DNA of 64,000 bases from Felis catus. Lineage: Eukaryota. Under the pieces are notes generated by a model. It was given only the letters and a program-made list of their open reading frames with translations, ran no database searches and was not told where the DNA came from. Positions 38,796 through 51,910 of the stretch are shown here, piece after piece. A program made the position numbers and the translations under genes. The stretch covers positions 194,868,001-194,932,000 of the forward strand of contig NC_058368.1 of NCBI RefSeq assembly GCF_018350175.1, written 5' to 3'. Position 1 is the stretch's first letter, and the number at the start of each line of letters is the position of its first letter.

Positions 38796-39442
38796 AATAA
38801 GTAGAAAGAGACAAAGAAAGAAAATAGAGCATCATATGTTCAATTGCTTGCTTTTACATCCCTCTGGAAACCCATACATAAATATTGGAACTGTCCTTCC
38901 TTACAGATGGCACTGTAATCACTGGGAAGCAAATGTAGTTTGTGGGAGCGCCTCCCACCTGCAGTGCTCCCAGAGTGTTCAATAACTCGATAACCTCATG
39001 ATTGGCCGGTGGAATAGCAGCATAAGGCAATGTGGCTGCATTGCAGCTGCAGAAAATGCCCAGCAGGGCCTCTCCCAGGAGCTCTGCTGGGGTGGCCAGA
39101 CTGGCCTCTGGCAGAATCAGCAGAGAAGCAAGGCCATCCTCACACCTCCTCCTCCCCCGTGAACACAGCCCTTTGGGGCTGGCAAAAAGCTCACCTTATC
39201 TCATTGCACACTCGCAATTTCCTGGAGGACAAGTGGGCCAGCTGAGTCCCATTACCTGATGTGAGATGATCCCCAAACTCCCACTGCCTCCAATGATCTT
39301 TCTGGCCCTGCCCACCTACCTGGCATGGAAGATCATCTCATAAAAAAGAAAAGTGCTACAAATTTATCATAGCCTTCCCATGTTCTGGCAAATGCTTTCT
39401 AAGTGTGCAACCTCCCATAGGCCTAGGTCTGTGTTAATCTCT

Positions 39443-39649
39443 TTCTTTTTTTAAGTTTATTTACTTATTTTGAGAGAGGCAGAGAAAGCACGACAAAGGG
39501 AGGAGCAAGAGAGAAAGAGAAGCTCAAGCAGGCTCTGCAGGGTCATCACAGAGCCTGACATGGGGCTCAAACGCACAAAACCGTGAGATCATGACATGAC
39601 CCCAAACCAAGAGTCAAATGCTTAACTGACTGAGCCACCCAGGCGCCCC
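39443..39649 (-). mobile_element. CAN-SINE
   Basis: TSD AGGTCTGTGT(T/G)AATCTCT. Confidence 0.93.
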
Positions 39650-39701
39650 AGGTCTGTGTGAATCTCTAAGGCAACATTGCCTACCTCATCTTCACCATCT
39701 T

Positions 39702-40310
39702 TAAATAGATCTACCCTATGACCCAGCAATAGCACTGCTAGGAATTTACCCAAGGGATAAAGGAGTGCTGATGCATAGGGGCACTTGTACCCCAATGTTT
39801 ATAGCAGCACTTTCAACAATAGCCAAATTATGGAAAGAGCCTAAATGTCCATCAACTGATGAATGGATAAGGAAATTGTGGTTTGTATACACAATGGAAT
39901 ACTACGTGGCAATGAGAAAGAATGAAATATAGCCATTTGTAGCAACATGGATGGAACCGGAGAGAGTGTTATGCTAAGTGAAATAAGTCATACAGAGAAA
40001 GACAGATACCATATGTTTTCACTCTTATGTGGATCCTGAGAAACTTAACAGAAGACCATGGGGGAAGGGAAGGAAGAAAAAAAAAAAAGGTTAGAGATGG
40101 AGGGAGCCAAAACATAAGAGACTCTTAAAAACTGAGAATAAACTGAGGGTTGATGGGGGGTGGGAGGGTGGGTGATGGGCATTGAGGAGGGCACCTGTTG
40201 GGATGAGCACTGGGTGTTGTATGGAAACCAATTTGACAATAAACTTCATATTAAAAAAATAATAAAAATAAATAAATAAATAATAATAAAATAAAATAAA
40301 ATAAAAATAA
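39702..40310 (+). mobile_element. L1_Fc-type 3' fragment
   Basis: ATAGATCTACCCTATGACCCAGCAATAGCACTGC through to an (AATAA)n tail; same family as 24485-25553. Confidence 0.93.
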
Positions 40311-41961
40311 ACTGTTCTTCAGTGCTTTCAATTTGGACTTGAGGGTTCTCATCAGCTTTATTCCCCACTGGTCACCTCCATCTGCTTGGCTGAGCCCATA
40401 GGCCATCTTCTTCTCCCACCCTTGTATCCCATTAAGCGTACTCTCTACAACACTCTCCTCTCATTGATCTACCATCGGCCTGCTCCCAAAGTTTGCCATC
40501 CACCTCCTTCAGGAGGCAACAAGTCCCTCTGGAGTGTGTCCACAATCCCTGCACGAGTGCCCTCCCCAGGACTCTTGTCCTCCCCTCCCCATGTCAGAGG
40601 GGTCTGTTTCCCAGATGATGAATTCCTCATGGGCAGGAACTATGCCGTCCTCCCCACTTCATTCCCAGCTCTAGATCCGGAACATCCCCCAGTGAAGATA
40701 CTCAAAGAAGGCTGCCTGAATGAATAAATTACTCATCAAATGAGCAAGTAAACACAGGCTTGGGAGTCAAATATAACCCACCTCAAACTCTGACTCTACT
40801 AGTCTTTAGAATAACCCATACGACAGTGGGTGAGCCACTTAAACTCTCCAAGTCTCAACTTCATCATCTGTAACACCTGTAAGAGAGCCAGAACACCCTC
40901 CCCAGGAGTTGTTGGAAGGAATAAGTGAGGTGATACATGCCACACTCAGCACATGACTAGAGCAAGTAAACCATTCAATAGATGGTACCCACAGGTATAG
41001 ACCTAGAACCTCGACATTATGCCAAGCCCTGAGATAGGCATTGGGGTTCTGCAGCCATTAAAATACACTCCCTGCTTTGTATTTTTTTTAATTCCTTTAT
41101 TTATATGTTTTATCTACCCATTTATTCAGCACTTACTATACTAATAAAAGAGCACATCCTTTGTGCCAAACGGTTTATATTAATTGTATCCTGTGATCTT
41201 CACAAGAACCTTATAAATTAGGCTCATTTAACAGATTAGGAAACAAGGCTGAAAAGAGTTAATTAACTTGCCCTAAAGTCACATGGCTAATGAGGGACCA
41301 AACAGACCCTTGAACACACATTTTCGGACTGATCTCTCAATACCAAGCTCTCTCTTATCTCCAAGCGTTTATCATTGACCTTTTCCCACCCTCGCGCTGA
41401 CCTCTGTTACACAAAAGTCACACTCAAGGCTACATAAACATCTATGAAATGCAATTTTGTTCATGAAGTCTGAGGTCCCTGGGGGGTAGGATAGGTACCA
41501 GTAAATGGGTTTGGGGAAGTGAGTGGTGAAGCAGGATGACCGGTTTTCAGGTAAGCTCTACCCTTGGCAACTACCTGATGTACAACGAGTGGACTGAATG
41601 CATGACTGGGAAGACGAGACTCAAAGCAACACCAGACTGGAGCCCCTGAGTGGTCAAGAGAAAGTTCACAACTCAGGGGATTGGGAAGACAGGCAGGAAA
41701 AAAACATGAAATGAAGGGGAACCAAAGCAGAGCTTCCTGTAAGTGTGAACGGCTGGTTCAAACCCATCTTGCTCCCTGGTGTCCTTGTTTGACATCAGGC
41801 AAACGTCCTGACCTCAGGCCCATCATTACTGAACCAGGGTACCTAAAGCCTGCCCTGCCAAGCTTGCTGAATCACTGAGGGACTCCAAAAGATTCCTTAA
41901 TGTGCTTTGAAAAAAATGAAAGAAGGCATATTTGGAGCATGATGTTTTAAATGTATTTCTT

Positions 41962-42211
41962 GGGGCGCCTGGGTGGCGCAGTCAGTTAAGCGTCCGACTT
42001 CAGCCAGGTCACGATCTCGCGGTCCGTGAGTTCGAGCCCCGGTTCAGGCTCTGGGCTGATGGCTCAGAGCCTGGAGCCTGTTTCCGATTCTGTGTCTCCC
42101 TTTCTCTCTGCCCCTCCCCCGTTCATGCTCTGTCTCTCTCTGTCCCAAAAATAAATAAACGTTGAAAAAATAAATAAATAAATAAATAAATAAATAAATA
42201 TAAAAAAAAAA
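41962..42211 (+). mobile_element. Young SINEC_Fc
   Basis: CpG-rich; TSD TAAATGTATTTCTT at 41948-41961 and 42212-42225. Confidence 0.96.
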
Positions 42212-42290
42212 TAAATGTATTTCTTATAGGGCGACAACCGTGGCATGATGGAAGATACATCCCCCAACTGCTCAAGAAGAAGGGTTCACA

Positions 42291-42416
42291 GGCGCCTGGG
42301 TGGCTGAGTGGATTGAGCGTCCGACTTTGGCTCAGGCCATGATCTCACAGGTTGTAGGTTTGAGTGCCACAGTGGGCTCTGTGCTGACAGCTCAGAGTCT
42401 GGAGCTTGTTTCGGAT

Positions 42417-42468
<52 letters not shown>

Positions 42469-42515
42469 CCTCCCCTGTTCGTGCTCTGTCTCTCAAAAAT
42501 AAATAAATGTAAAAG
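42291..42515 (+). mobile_element. CAN-SINE
   Basis: TSD AAGAAGAAGGGTTC(A/G)CA. Confidence 0.93.
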
Positions 42516-42624
42516 GAGAAGGAGAAGAAGAAGGGTTCGCATCCTAGCTTTGCTTCCTTGGGCAGACCCCATAACTTCTTGGCACCTGTTTTTCCTATCT
42601 ATAAATCAAGAATAGGAACATCAG

Positions 42625-42804
42625 GGGCACCTGGGTGGTTCAGCTGGTTGAGTGTCCGGCCTTGGCTCAGGTCATAATCTCCCAGTTCATGGGTTCAAGC
42701 CCCGCATCGGGCTCTGTGCTGACATCTCAGAGCCTGGAGCCTACTTCAGGTTCTGTGTCTCCCTCTTTCTCTCTCTGCCCCTTCCCCACTCGTGCTCTGT
42801 CTCT

Positions 42805-42857
<53 letters not shown>

Positions 42858-42900
42858 AAACAAACATTAAAAAAAATGCTTAAATTTTTAAAAAAGAAAA
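42625..42900 (+). mobile_element. CAN-SINE
   Basis: TSD AAGAATAG(G/A)AACATCA. Confidence 0.93.
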
Positions 42901-44591
42901 AAGAATAGAAACATCAAACTCTTGGGGTTAGTCTCACTGCTTAATGTGAAGAAGTACACATCAGCTCGTTGTACATGTTTGTTATCTTGTCTGACAGTTC
43001 TACAACTCTTTTGTTATTTTGTTTAATTTATTATATAAACAATTAGCCCTTGCCTGGGGTCCTCCTAACCAAAGGCAGCATGGGTCACCATGAATGGCCC
43101 CAACTTTGGGGTCAAATAGATCTGCCTTAGTGTCTCAATTCTGTCCCTTATTAGCTAAGTGGGGGGGTGGGGGGTGGGGGGTGGGGAGCGGGAACATGCC
43201 TGTGTTTATTTTAAAGCAGAAGTGAAAACACTACCTCATTTCTCTTCCTTAAAATGGAGATGGTATTAAGTAGGTGAAACATACTCAAGTACCTGTGCGT
43301 GTAATAATTTCTTATCAAGGAGCTTATACAAAAGAAGAATGTATGTAAGTCTTTGAATCCAGTTTGTTCCACTTTAATTAAGTCTCAGAACTCGCAGGAC
43401 AGAGAATTACTCTGGGAACAATTTTGCTCTCAACCAAGGGGTGGGCTGAGGACTTGAGATGTCCTCTTGCCATTCTCTAAAGGACCAAAGGACAAGAACA
43501 GATTTTCCATTCCCAGGGCACATATTTTGTTGATGCACTAATAACCCAGGCACTGGAAATTCAGGTCAGGGATTTGGGGGAAAACTGAAGAAACTGCCAT
43601 CAATCTTTTGGGAACCCAGTGTTAGACTCTAAGCTTTTAAAACAAAAAAGGACCCCTTGCTTCTGAAATTCAGGAGAAAACTGCCTTTAATGAGTGCCGG
43701 CAGCCAGGGTCCCAGAAGAGGTTGGAGAGATGATACTGTGTTTTTAACTCGGATTGTTGGCTTTGGCAAGCGGCCGGAGGCCTCACAGGCTCAGCTCTCC
43801 GGTTTCACAATCAACTGTCAACTGACTGCTCAAGGGGCACAAACTCTGGGGTCCCTACAGGACCTGCTCAGCCCTCTTCTGCCTGAGACCTGAGATAGCA
43901 CCAGGAGGGAAGGACTGAGACAGCCCTTGGCAAGTGCAAGTCACAGACCCAGCCTGGGGATCACCATGGGAGAGGGAGGTGGTGGTAACAGTCACAACCA
44001 GGAGAGATGGGCACTTTGCCTGTGCCAGGCTAAATGTACTTTGTGCGTTCCTACACAGCATCCCACTGAGGTAGGTCTGTGCCGTTACCGCCATTTTACA
44101 GGTAAGGAAACTGAGGTTCAGAGATGTTAAGTAGGTTTCGCCAGTGTCACACATTAGTAAGTAGGGGAGCCAGAATTTGAACCCTGGAGCCTACACTCTT
44201 AGTCACTGTCACTACTGCCTGTGTGTATAAAATGACTGAAGATCCAAGAGCATCCCACAGCCAACCATGCTGAAGATCTCTTGAATACTACTGAATGAAT
44301 AGGGAGGGGGCCTTGAAGCCCAATCCCTCCTAAGATGCTAGGATCTGCTCTGCACTATCCTTGCCAAGTGATCACCCAATACTTGCTTTCATACCCTCAA
44401 TGACAGACTTTAACTTACATGGTAGCCCTTTCACCTTTGAAGAGAGTTGGCTACAGGAAACCCTACATTGAGCTGAAATGTGTCTCACTGAAATGTCTAC
44501 CCAACTGGTCTTATTTCTGCCCTTTGAGATGTTGCAGAACAAATTCCACCCTTTATCCCCCTAACAGCCCTCTGGGGTTGAAAACAATTCT

Positions 44592-44834
44592 GGGGGTGCC
44601 TGGGTGGCTCAGTTGGTTGAGTGACTGACTTCAGCTCAGGTCATGATCTCGCGGTCTGTGAGTTCGAGTCCCATGTCGGGCTCTGTGCTGACGGCTCAGA
44701 GCCTGGAGCCTGCTTCAGATTCTGTGTCTCCCCCTCTCTCTACCCCTCCCCTGCCCATGCTCTGTGTCTCAATAATAAATAAATGTGCTCTCTCTCTGTT
44801 CTCTCTCTGTCTCTCAATAATAAATAAATGTTCA
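44592..44834 (+). mobile_element. CAN-SINE with duplicated 3' end, within a CR1/L3-like remnant
   Basis: TSD GAAAACAATTCTGG; TCTCAATAATAAATAAATG occurs twice. Confidence 0.92.
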
Positions 44835-46059
44835 TGAAAACAATTCTGGTTCCTTCAGATATTCCACCCTCCTCTCTCCCTACCACGCAGGGGAAAAAAA
44901 AATTAAGGCGTTTATTTACTTGTTCACACTCAGTAAACACTGTTTGAATACCGACCACAGATCAAACACTCTGCTATTTATGTGCCGAGGGAACGACGGA
45001 GCTTAAGTTCTAAGAGAGAAGATAAAAATACACACAAATGATTACATTACCAGATAGAAAATTATGAAACTGTAAGAATACCTGAAGGAGTGCTGCACGG
45101 ATCCAGAAGGGAGATCTCTTCCCATTGAGGATGTGAAGATGGCAAAAGGAGATACTGTTGGAGCCTGGTCTTGAAGAATGAGAAATGTTACTGACCATCT
45201 GCTGTTGCAAAGAACCGGGTGGCCTGAGAGTCCTGGGCTGGTGTGAGAGCGAAAACATTGGGCCGGGCATGGATCTGCTACGCTGCGCCTGTCTCTCTGC
45301 CCCTCATTCCAGCCAGAATCTGTAAAATGGAAATAACAGCCACCTGCCCTGACTATCCCCAAGCGGCCATGAGTATCAGGTGCAAGGGTTTTGAAAGAAG
45401 ACACTAATGAGAAGAAAGTGCTCTGAGTAGGCAAGGAATTAGTAAACCCAATTTTCTCATTTGAAGATTACTCTGACACTTTCACAATTTGGTGAGAGCT
45501 GGAAGAATCGGAAGACACATGCTTTGGTGAAAGCCCAAAGCAGGGGCTTCGAATCCAGCACAAGCAGAAGGAGAAGAAAGAAAACTGAAATTCAGAGAGA
45601 AGAAACGTGGCCCAAGTGTGAGGCAAGGTAACCAAATAACAGCCTCAGCTCCTCGGTACCATCTCATTACAGAATAATCCTATAAGGCATGATCAAAGAA
45701 GGGATCAACAGCTCAAACATATTATCAGCCACCTAAGCCTTGAGAGGAGAAGGCCCACTGAGAGATTAAGACACTTAGGACATGTCTGAGAGGTTTTCCT
45801 GCAGTTAGAGCTTCACTAATTGATATCCAAGCCTCAGCACCACTCTGCCTGGCTTGTTATTACCACCACCTGAGAAAGGAGAGCCCGCCCTCACGAAGAG
45901 TCAAGGGGCCAAAGCAGAGAGAGGTGCATGGTGAGATTTTCTGCAAGGATCCATGAGAGGCCCTTTGCCTCTAATCAGGCTACACAGATACACACTTGGT
46001 TTGAGTACAAGTTGCAAAGGCACATGGTCAATCAAACATCAAGAGGCGTATATGGAGCA

Positions 46060-46585
46060 CTATATAAATCAGGGCTCTTTCAGGTGCAAAGGAAAAAGAA
46101 ATCCAACTATAACTGGCTTCAAGCACAAAATCAATTAATTGGTCCATTTAACTAAAAAAGCCAGAGGAGATCATGATTTGAGGCTGGCTGGATCAGGCGA
46201 TCAAGCAATATCACTGGGAAACTGGCTCTCTCCTACTCTTGATTCTTATTTCCTCAGTATTGGCTTCATCCTTTTTGTTTTGTTTTGGTGAGGGGAAGAG
46301 AGTGTGGGCTCTCTTGTTTACATCATCAAAGCATCAAGACTAAATAGCTGTGATTGGATAAATTTGGGTCATACGTTTATTCCTGAGCAAGTCCACACTC
46401 AGGAACTGGAGTATATTGAGAATACAGTCCTGCCAGGCCCTCTCACCCCTGGATCTTTGGTTAACCCCACCCAAACTACCTGAACTGACAGTGGGTGAGG
46501 TAAGGGGTATTGGTATTCCTCAAGGAAAATCTAGGTGCTGTTACCAGAACAATGACAAATGGATGCCGGTTGGACAAAAACAAAA
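46060..46585 (-). mobile_element. MLT1-type MaLR LTR
   Basis: TCAGGGCTCTTTCAGGTGCAAAGG...AAATCCAACTATAACTGGCTT...GATTGGATAAATTTGGGTCA...GGTGCTGTTACCAGAA. Confidence 0.75.
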
Positions 46586-46954
46586 GACATCTATTCGTAA
46601 AACTCTTCTGGTGGAAATCCAAAAAGGAAATCCACAAAAATGCTGTATTTTTTCATCAAGGAAACCATTCTTTAGTTGAGGGAAAGTTGTCACAGGTAAA
46701 ATTGATAGAAAACCTAGCTGATTATAACAAATAACCTAAAGTGCACACTATAGATCACAAGTCTGAAAAATGACATTAGCTGCTATCCTGAGCAAGACGC
46801 TTGATCTCTCTGTGCCTTAAACATCATTTCTCTGTAAAATGGGGACAATAATAGACTCTACTTCATAGAGTTATTGTGATAATTTAATAAGAGAGTTCTC
46901 AGGAGCATGAAGCACAATGCATGTCACATAGTAAATAAATCTTGTAGGACTTGA

Positions 46955-47900
46955 TTCATTCATTAAATTTTACTATGTGCCAAGAACTACTATGGGTACT
47001 GGCAATACAGTGAAGAAGAAAGTTTTTACTATTGTGCTGCTTTAAATGAAATTTTAAAATGAAAAAGTAAATGTATACATGAACAAAAACTTTTAGATAA
47101 AGATAAATGCTACAAAGAAAAATAAAACAAAATGGATGATAGGGATGGGAAAGAGGTACCTCAGGGAGAATCGTCACACAAGGCTTTGTTGAAAAGCAGC
47201 ATTTGAACTGAGATATGAATGACAAAAAGATCTGGGCTCAAAACCAAGTGAAAAAAAATTGGTAGCTTGGTGAGATAAGGGGGGGTGTGGCACAAGGTAT
47301 GGTCACAGACGGGAGGTCAGGGCTGATCATCTAAGTCTGTGGCGAGGAATTGTATTGCATTCTAGGTACAAAGGGAATTCAGTGCAAAGTCTTAATATTT
47401 TAAATGTTTTTTTTTATTTTTATTTTTATTTTTGATAGAGAAAAGAGAGAGAATGAGCAGGAGAGGGGCAGAGAGAAAGGAAGAGAGGATCTGAACAGGG
47501 CTCTGTCCTGACAGCAAAGAACTCAATGTGGGGCTTGAACTCACAACCTGTGAGATCATGACCTGAGCTGAAGTCGGATGCCCAACCAACTGAGCCACAC
47601 AGGTGCCCCTGAAAGTTTAATATTTTAAAGATTACTCTAACTCTTGAAGACAGAGAACAAACTGAAGGTTGATGGGGGCTGAGGGAGAGGGGAAAGTGGG
47701 TGATGGGCATTGAGGAGGACACTTGTTGGGATGAGCACTGGGTGTTGTATGGAAGCCAATTTGACAATAAATTATATTAAATAAATGAATTAAATAAATA
47801 AATAAATATTTATAAAATAAAATAAAAAAATAAAGATTACTCTGGCTACTGTGTAAAGAATGGACTATGGGTTGGGTGTAAAAGTAGAAGTGAGAGCTAG
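46955..47900 (-). mobile_element. L2 fragment with nested SINE (~47405-47609, -) and L1_Fc tail (47639-47830, +)
   Basis: ATTCATTCATT...TACTATGTGCCAAG start. L1 tail TSD TAAAGATTACTCT at 47626-47638 and 47831-47843. Confidence 0.8.
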
Positions 47901-48479
47901 AGAAGAAAAAATGCTTGACGGAAGCATAGAAGTAAAAAAGTAACTTTCCCCAAGGAAAGCATAAGGTAAGACAGAGATAAAGAGGGTCCATAAATGAGCT
48001 AGCTGAGGGAGACATGAGCATAGTGCAGAGTAGTGGTGAGAACCCTTCAGTGGTTCCCTACTCTCTCCCTACTCCCTCATTTACTATGAAGAAGTAATTT
48101 GTGCCTGAAAACTATCCCACTGAGAAAAACTATAAAAACTGGGTCAAAAATAAAACTGAATGTTAAGTTGGAGCAACCAAGGTGGCCATGACTTGAAGGG
48201 CTGAATCAGTGCCTTCTCCACTCGGGGCATTTTCTGAATCTCACTGCAGAACAAAAAGGCAAAACAAAAAACAGTGGCTTAGCAGTTCCCATGGGGTACA
48301 AGGCCCCTCAAAAATAGTTACAGGCAGCCAGAAATTGAAGAGCCACAACTCTAGAGAAAAAGGAACCACAGAGAAGTGAGACCAACATCCCACATGCAAT
48401 TTCTCATCAGTGCATTTGCCAAATTCTCAGATGCAGGTGTAGGTGGTGAGAGTGTAAGAAACCAAGCAAACATAGGGGA

Positions 48480-49115
48480 TAACTTCCTCCAAGAGGTGGA
48501 GCTAATTTCCCTCTCCTTAAGTAAAAGCAGGACTTAAAAACACATGGAAAGAACACAGTGTGGGAAAGGAAAAATAGTAACTCTGCCATGGAGAAACCTG
48601 TTGGACACCACCTAAACTAAATGATCAAGGTCAACATCAACAGTGGTAAGTCAGGGAATATCATGTACCCACTGTTACCACATGACAAGGAGGGCACCTC
48701 ACCTCCATGATACTCTTTCAAAAACTCATAACCCCAATCTAATCATTAAAAAAAAAATTAGACACACTAAAAGTGACTGGCATTCTCCAAAATACCTGAC
48801 CAGCATTCCATGACTGCTCATGGTTAAGGTCATGAAGAACAAGGAAAGACTGAGGATCTGTCACAGTGCAGACGAGACTAAGGAGACGTGACGACTAAAT
48901 GTCATGTGGTGTTCTGGATCGGAGTCCAGAACAGTAAAGGGACAAAAAAGGAAAAAGGGAGAGAAATTCAAATAAAATTTATAGTTTAACTAATAGTAAT
49001 ATGCTAATGTTGCTTCCTTACTTTTGGAAAATATATCATTTTATGTAAAATGTTAACATTAGGGAAAACTAGGTAAAGGGTATTTGGGAACTTTTTTGTA
49101 AATTCCAAAATAAAA
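48480..49115 (+). mobile_element. L1MC-type 3' UTR insert
   Basis: GGAGAAACCTGTTGGACACCACCTAAACTAAATGATCAAGGTCAACATCA...GACTAAATGTCATGTGG. Confidence 0.75.
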
Positions 49116-50276
49116 CAAAAGTAATGATAGTGATGAGGGTAGTGCTTCAGGGAGGATGGTCAGGGAGGGATTCACTACAAAACAGAATTTTAAAAGATGG
49201 TTTTTGAAAAAGCTGCTAAGAGGTGAAAATACTAAGTAAGGATTTGGGCAGCCCCAGAGACGTGTGAAAACAAAAACTGGAGTTCAGGACCCACCAAAAA
49301 GAATGTACTGGCCTTTCAGTTGAGACCTGATGGGCCATGCCGAAGGGGCAAGGCAAATCAGAAATAGACCCCCCTCCTTTGGTGACAGATAGTAACTAGC
49401 CCTTTGGTGGTGATTGCTTTATAGTGTATTCTGATGTCAACTACAATGTCGTACACTGAAATTTATACAATGTTACATATAATTTTATGCCCCAAAAAAA
49501 GTCACACTGAAAAAAAAGAGGGGGGTAGGAAATAGACACTCCTTACAAAGCCTGAAACAGAGCTTGAAATCATCTCAATACATGGTTGAATCAAGGTGAT
49601 CTGTCCACACTCTGCCAGCCAGAAGGAAATTTAATCCTTTCTACAAGATAACATGATTCAGAGCCAGTGTAATTTTTCATATACAATTTAAAGTATTTAC
49701 TGCAAAAAATACCAGGCATGATAGTAAACAGAAATGATCAAAATCCAATTTTTAAATATGAGGCAATAGAAAGATACCCATAGATAGCTCAGATTCTAGA
49801 ATTATCAGGCAGGAATTTTAAGATAATTATGATGATTATGTTCCAGAAAATAAATGAAAAGATGGATAATTTCTCCGGGGACCTGCAATCTATTTTTTAA
49901 AGAAAAAAGGAGTGAAAATGCTAGCCTGGAAATTAAAACAATTGAAATTAATTCAGTATATAAGTGTAAAACCAAATTAAACTCAGTAGAAGAGATGATT
50001 ATTGAAAAGAGTAGAAAAGATCCAGATAGATGCAGAGAAAGGGGGGGGGGGGGAGAATAGAAAATGCAGAAATAGGTATAAGTGACATAGAAACATCATG
50101 AAAAGGTCTTAGCATATGGATAATTGGGATTCTAGATGGAGAAGAGAAAATGAAGGAGCGATAATGGAGAAAATACTGACAACTGATGAAGTACATCAAG
50201 ACACAAATTCGAGGGAGAGGGGGACAGAGGACCCAAAGAGTTCTGTGAGTCTGAGCAGGATATTCACAAAGAAAAC

Positions 50277-51299
50277 CGAGTCTCACCAGCCACTGTGGAC
50301 TGCTTGGGTGGAGGCCACGGTGGGCAAGAGGCACAGTCCACAGTCCGGGTGTTGCCAGGACCAGGCAGAGGGTGGCACAGGATGGACCGGGAAGAGAACC
50401 TGGCCGTATGTCTGCTTCCCTCCGAGTGTGTACTCCAGGAAGGAAAATCCCATCAACAGTGTTTGAAGGAAGGATACTCCAAGCTTTGAAATATTCATTC
50501 CTTGCATGTAAAATATCAATGTTGGATGCCAGATCAAGATTCAGAGGAAGAAAAGTTTATTGATACTATTGTGTTTTACCAAGGTGAAAACAACAGAGAA
50601 TTTTCTCTGGTCATTACAACAGAGAACCAAAATGGAAAACCTATTTTCTACTAATACCTCTTTAGTTGAACCAGTTTCTTCCTCCATGGAACACTGGAGA
50701 AAATGGATGAGTTCTGTTTTTCAATACATATAAAGTAAATGATTCTCTTACTCCAAGTTATTTTTAGAAGAAACACTTAATTGAGCAATTATGGGCTGGG
50801 AGCAGAATAAATGTGTTTTGAGAATTGTTCTAAAAGCAAAAAGAATGGAAAGATTGTTATTTTTTAAACTTGACTCTTCAAGCAAATCACACAATTTGTA
50901 CATCTTTTGTGAATGGTATGAAGGTGGCTAATGGGACTGGTATAATCCATAACACAGAGCTCAATGAGAAAATGTCTATCAGGAAAGTTCAGCTTACAAC
51001 TTCATTCAATCTTTCCTATTTAGTTCTAAAATAGTGTTGGTTGGGGATGAAAGGCACAACACAGAGAATGTAGTTAATCGCATTGTAAGTGTTGTATAGT
51101 GACTGATGGTCGCTACACTTGTGAGCACAGCATAACATATGGACTTGTCGACTCACTGTGTTTTACACTTCAAACCAATGTAACATTGTGTGTCAACTAT
51201 ACTTCAATAATATATATATTGAACACACACACACACACACATACACGCAAAAAAATAATAATTTCTTAAATTGTGTTTGACTCTTTGGGGAAAAAAATC
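50277..51299 (+). pseudogene. COA5: COA5 (cytochrome c oxidase assembly factor 5) processed pseudogene; decayed CDS 50341-50563
   Basis: Three consecutive frames give SGCCQDQAEGG..K / NLAVCLLPSECVLQEGKSHQQCLKEGYS / ALKYSFLACKISMLDARSRFRGRKVY*, collinear with recalled COA5 (MPKYYEDKPQGG...DLGACLLQSDCVVQEGKSPRQCLKEGYCNSLKYAFFECKRSVLDNRARFRGRKGY). Length 223 nt = 225 minus two 1-nt deletions. Outer limits inferred from where the host L1 stops and resumes. Confidence 0.9.
51035..51250 (+). mobile_element. L1 3' tail with (AC)n, nested in the COA5 retrocopy 3' UTR
   Basis: GTGAGCACAGCATAACATAT...GTAACATTGTGTGTCAACTATACTTCAATAA. Confidence 0.8.
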
Positions 51300-51631
51300 A
51301 AGCAAACGTTCATAGGCACATGATATAAATGGATAAAACCAAAGTCTGTAAAATATTAAAAACTACAGGAAAAAAATCCATTGCCTTTAAATGACAAAAA
51401 CTAAGGCCTATAGCTGACTTTTCAAAGATATTATACTAGAAAGAAAAGAATAGAGTGATATAATTAACAGTACACTTCCAAATATCTCTAAGGATCAAAA
51501 TCTAAAGCAGGGAAGATACTAGAAAGTATTTTGAACTGAATAATAATGAAACCATAACTTGTGGGATGCATCTCAACTAAAGCTCAGGACAAAAGACAAA
51601 GTCTTAAATATATATTAGAAAATAAGAAGGA

Positions 51632-51860
51632 GGGGCGCCTGGGTCGCTCCGTCAGTTAAGTGTCTGACTTCGGCTCAGGTCATGATCTCACGGTGCGTGA
51701 GTTCCAGCCCCGCATCAGGCTCTGTGCTGACAGCTCAGAGCCTGGAGCCCATTTCGGATTCTGTGTCTCCCTCTCTCTCTCTGCCCCTCTCCCGCTCGCA
51801 CTGTCTCTGTCTCTCTCAAAAATAAATAAAACATTGAAAATTTTTAAATAAAAAAAAAAG
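51632..51860 (+). mobile_element. CAN-SINE
   Basis: Typical head, body and A tail. Confidence 0.94.
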
Positions 51861-51910
51861 AAAAGAAGAGGGTTAAAAGTCAATGAAGCATCCATTTCAA
51901 GAAGCCAGAA

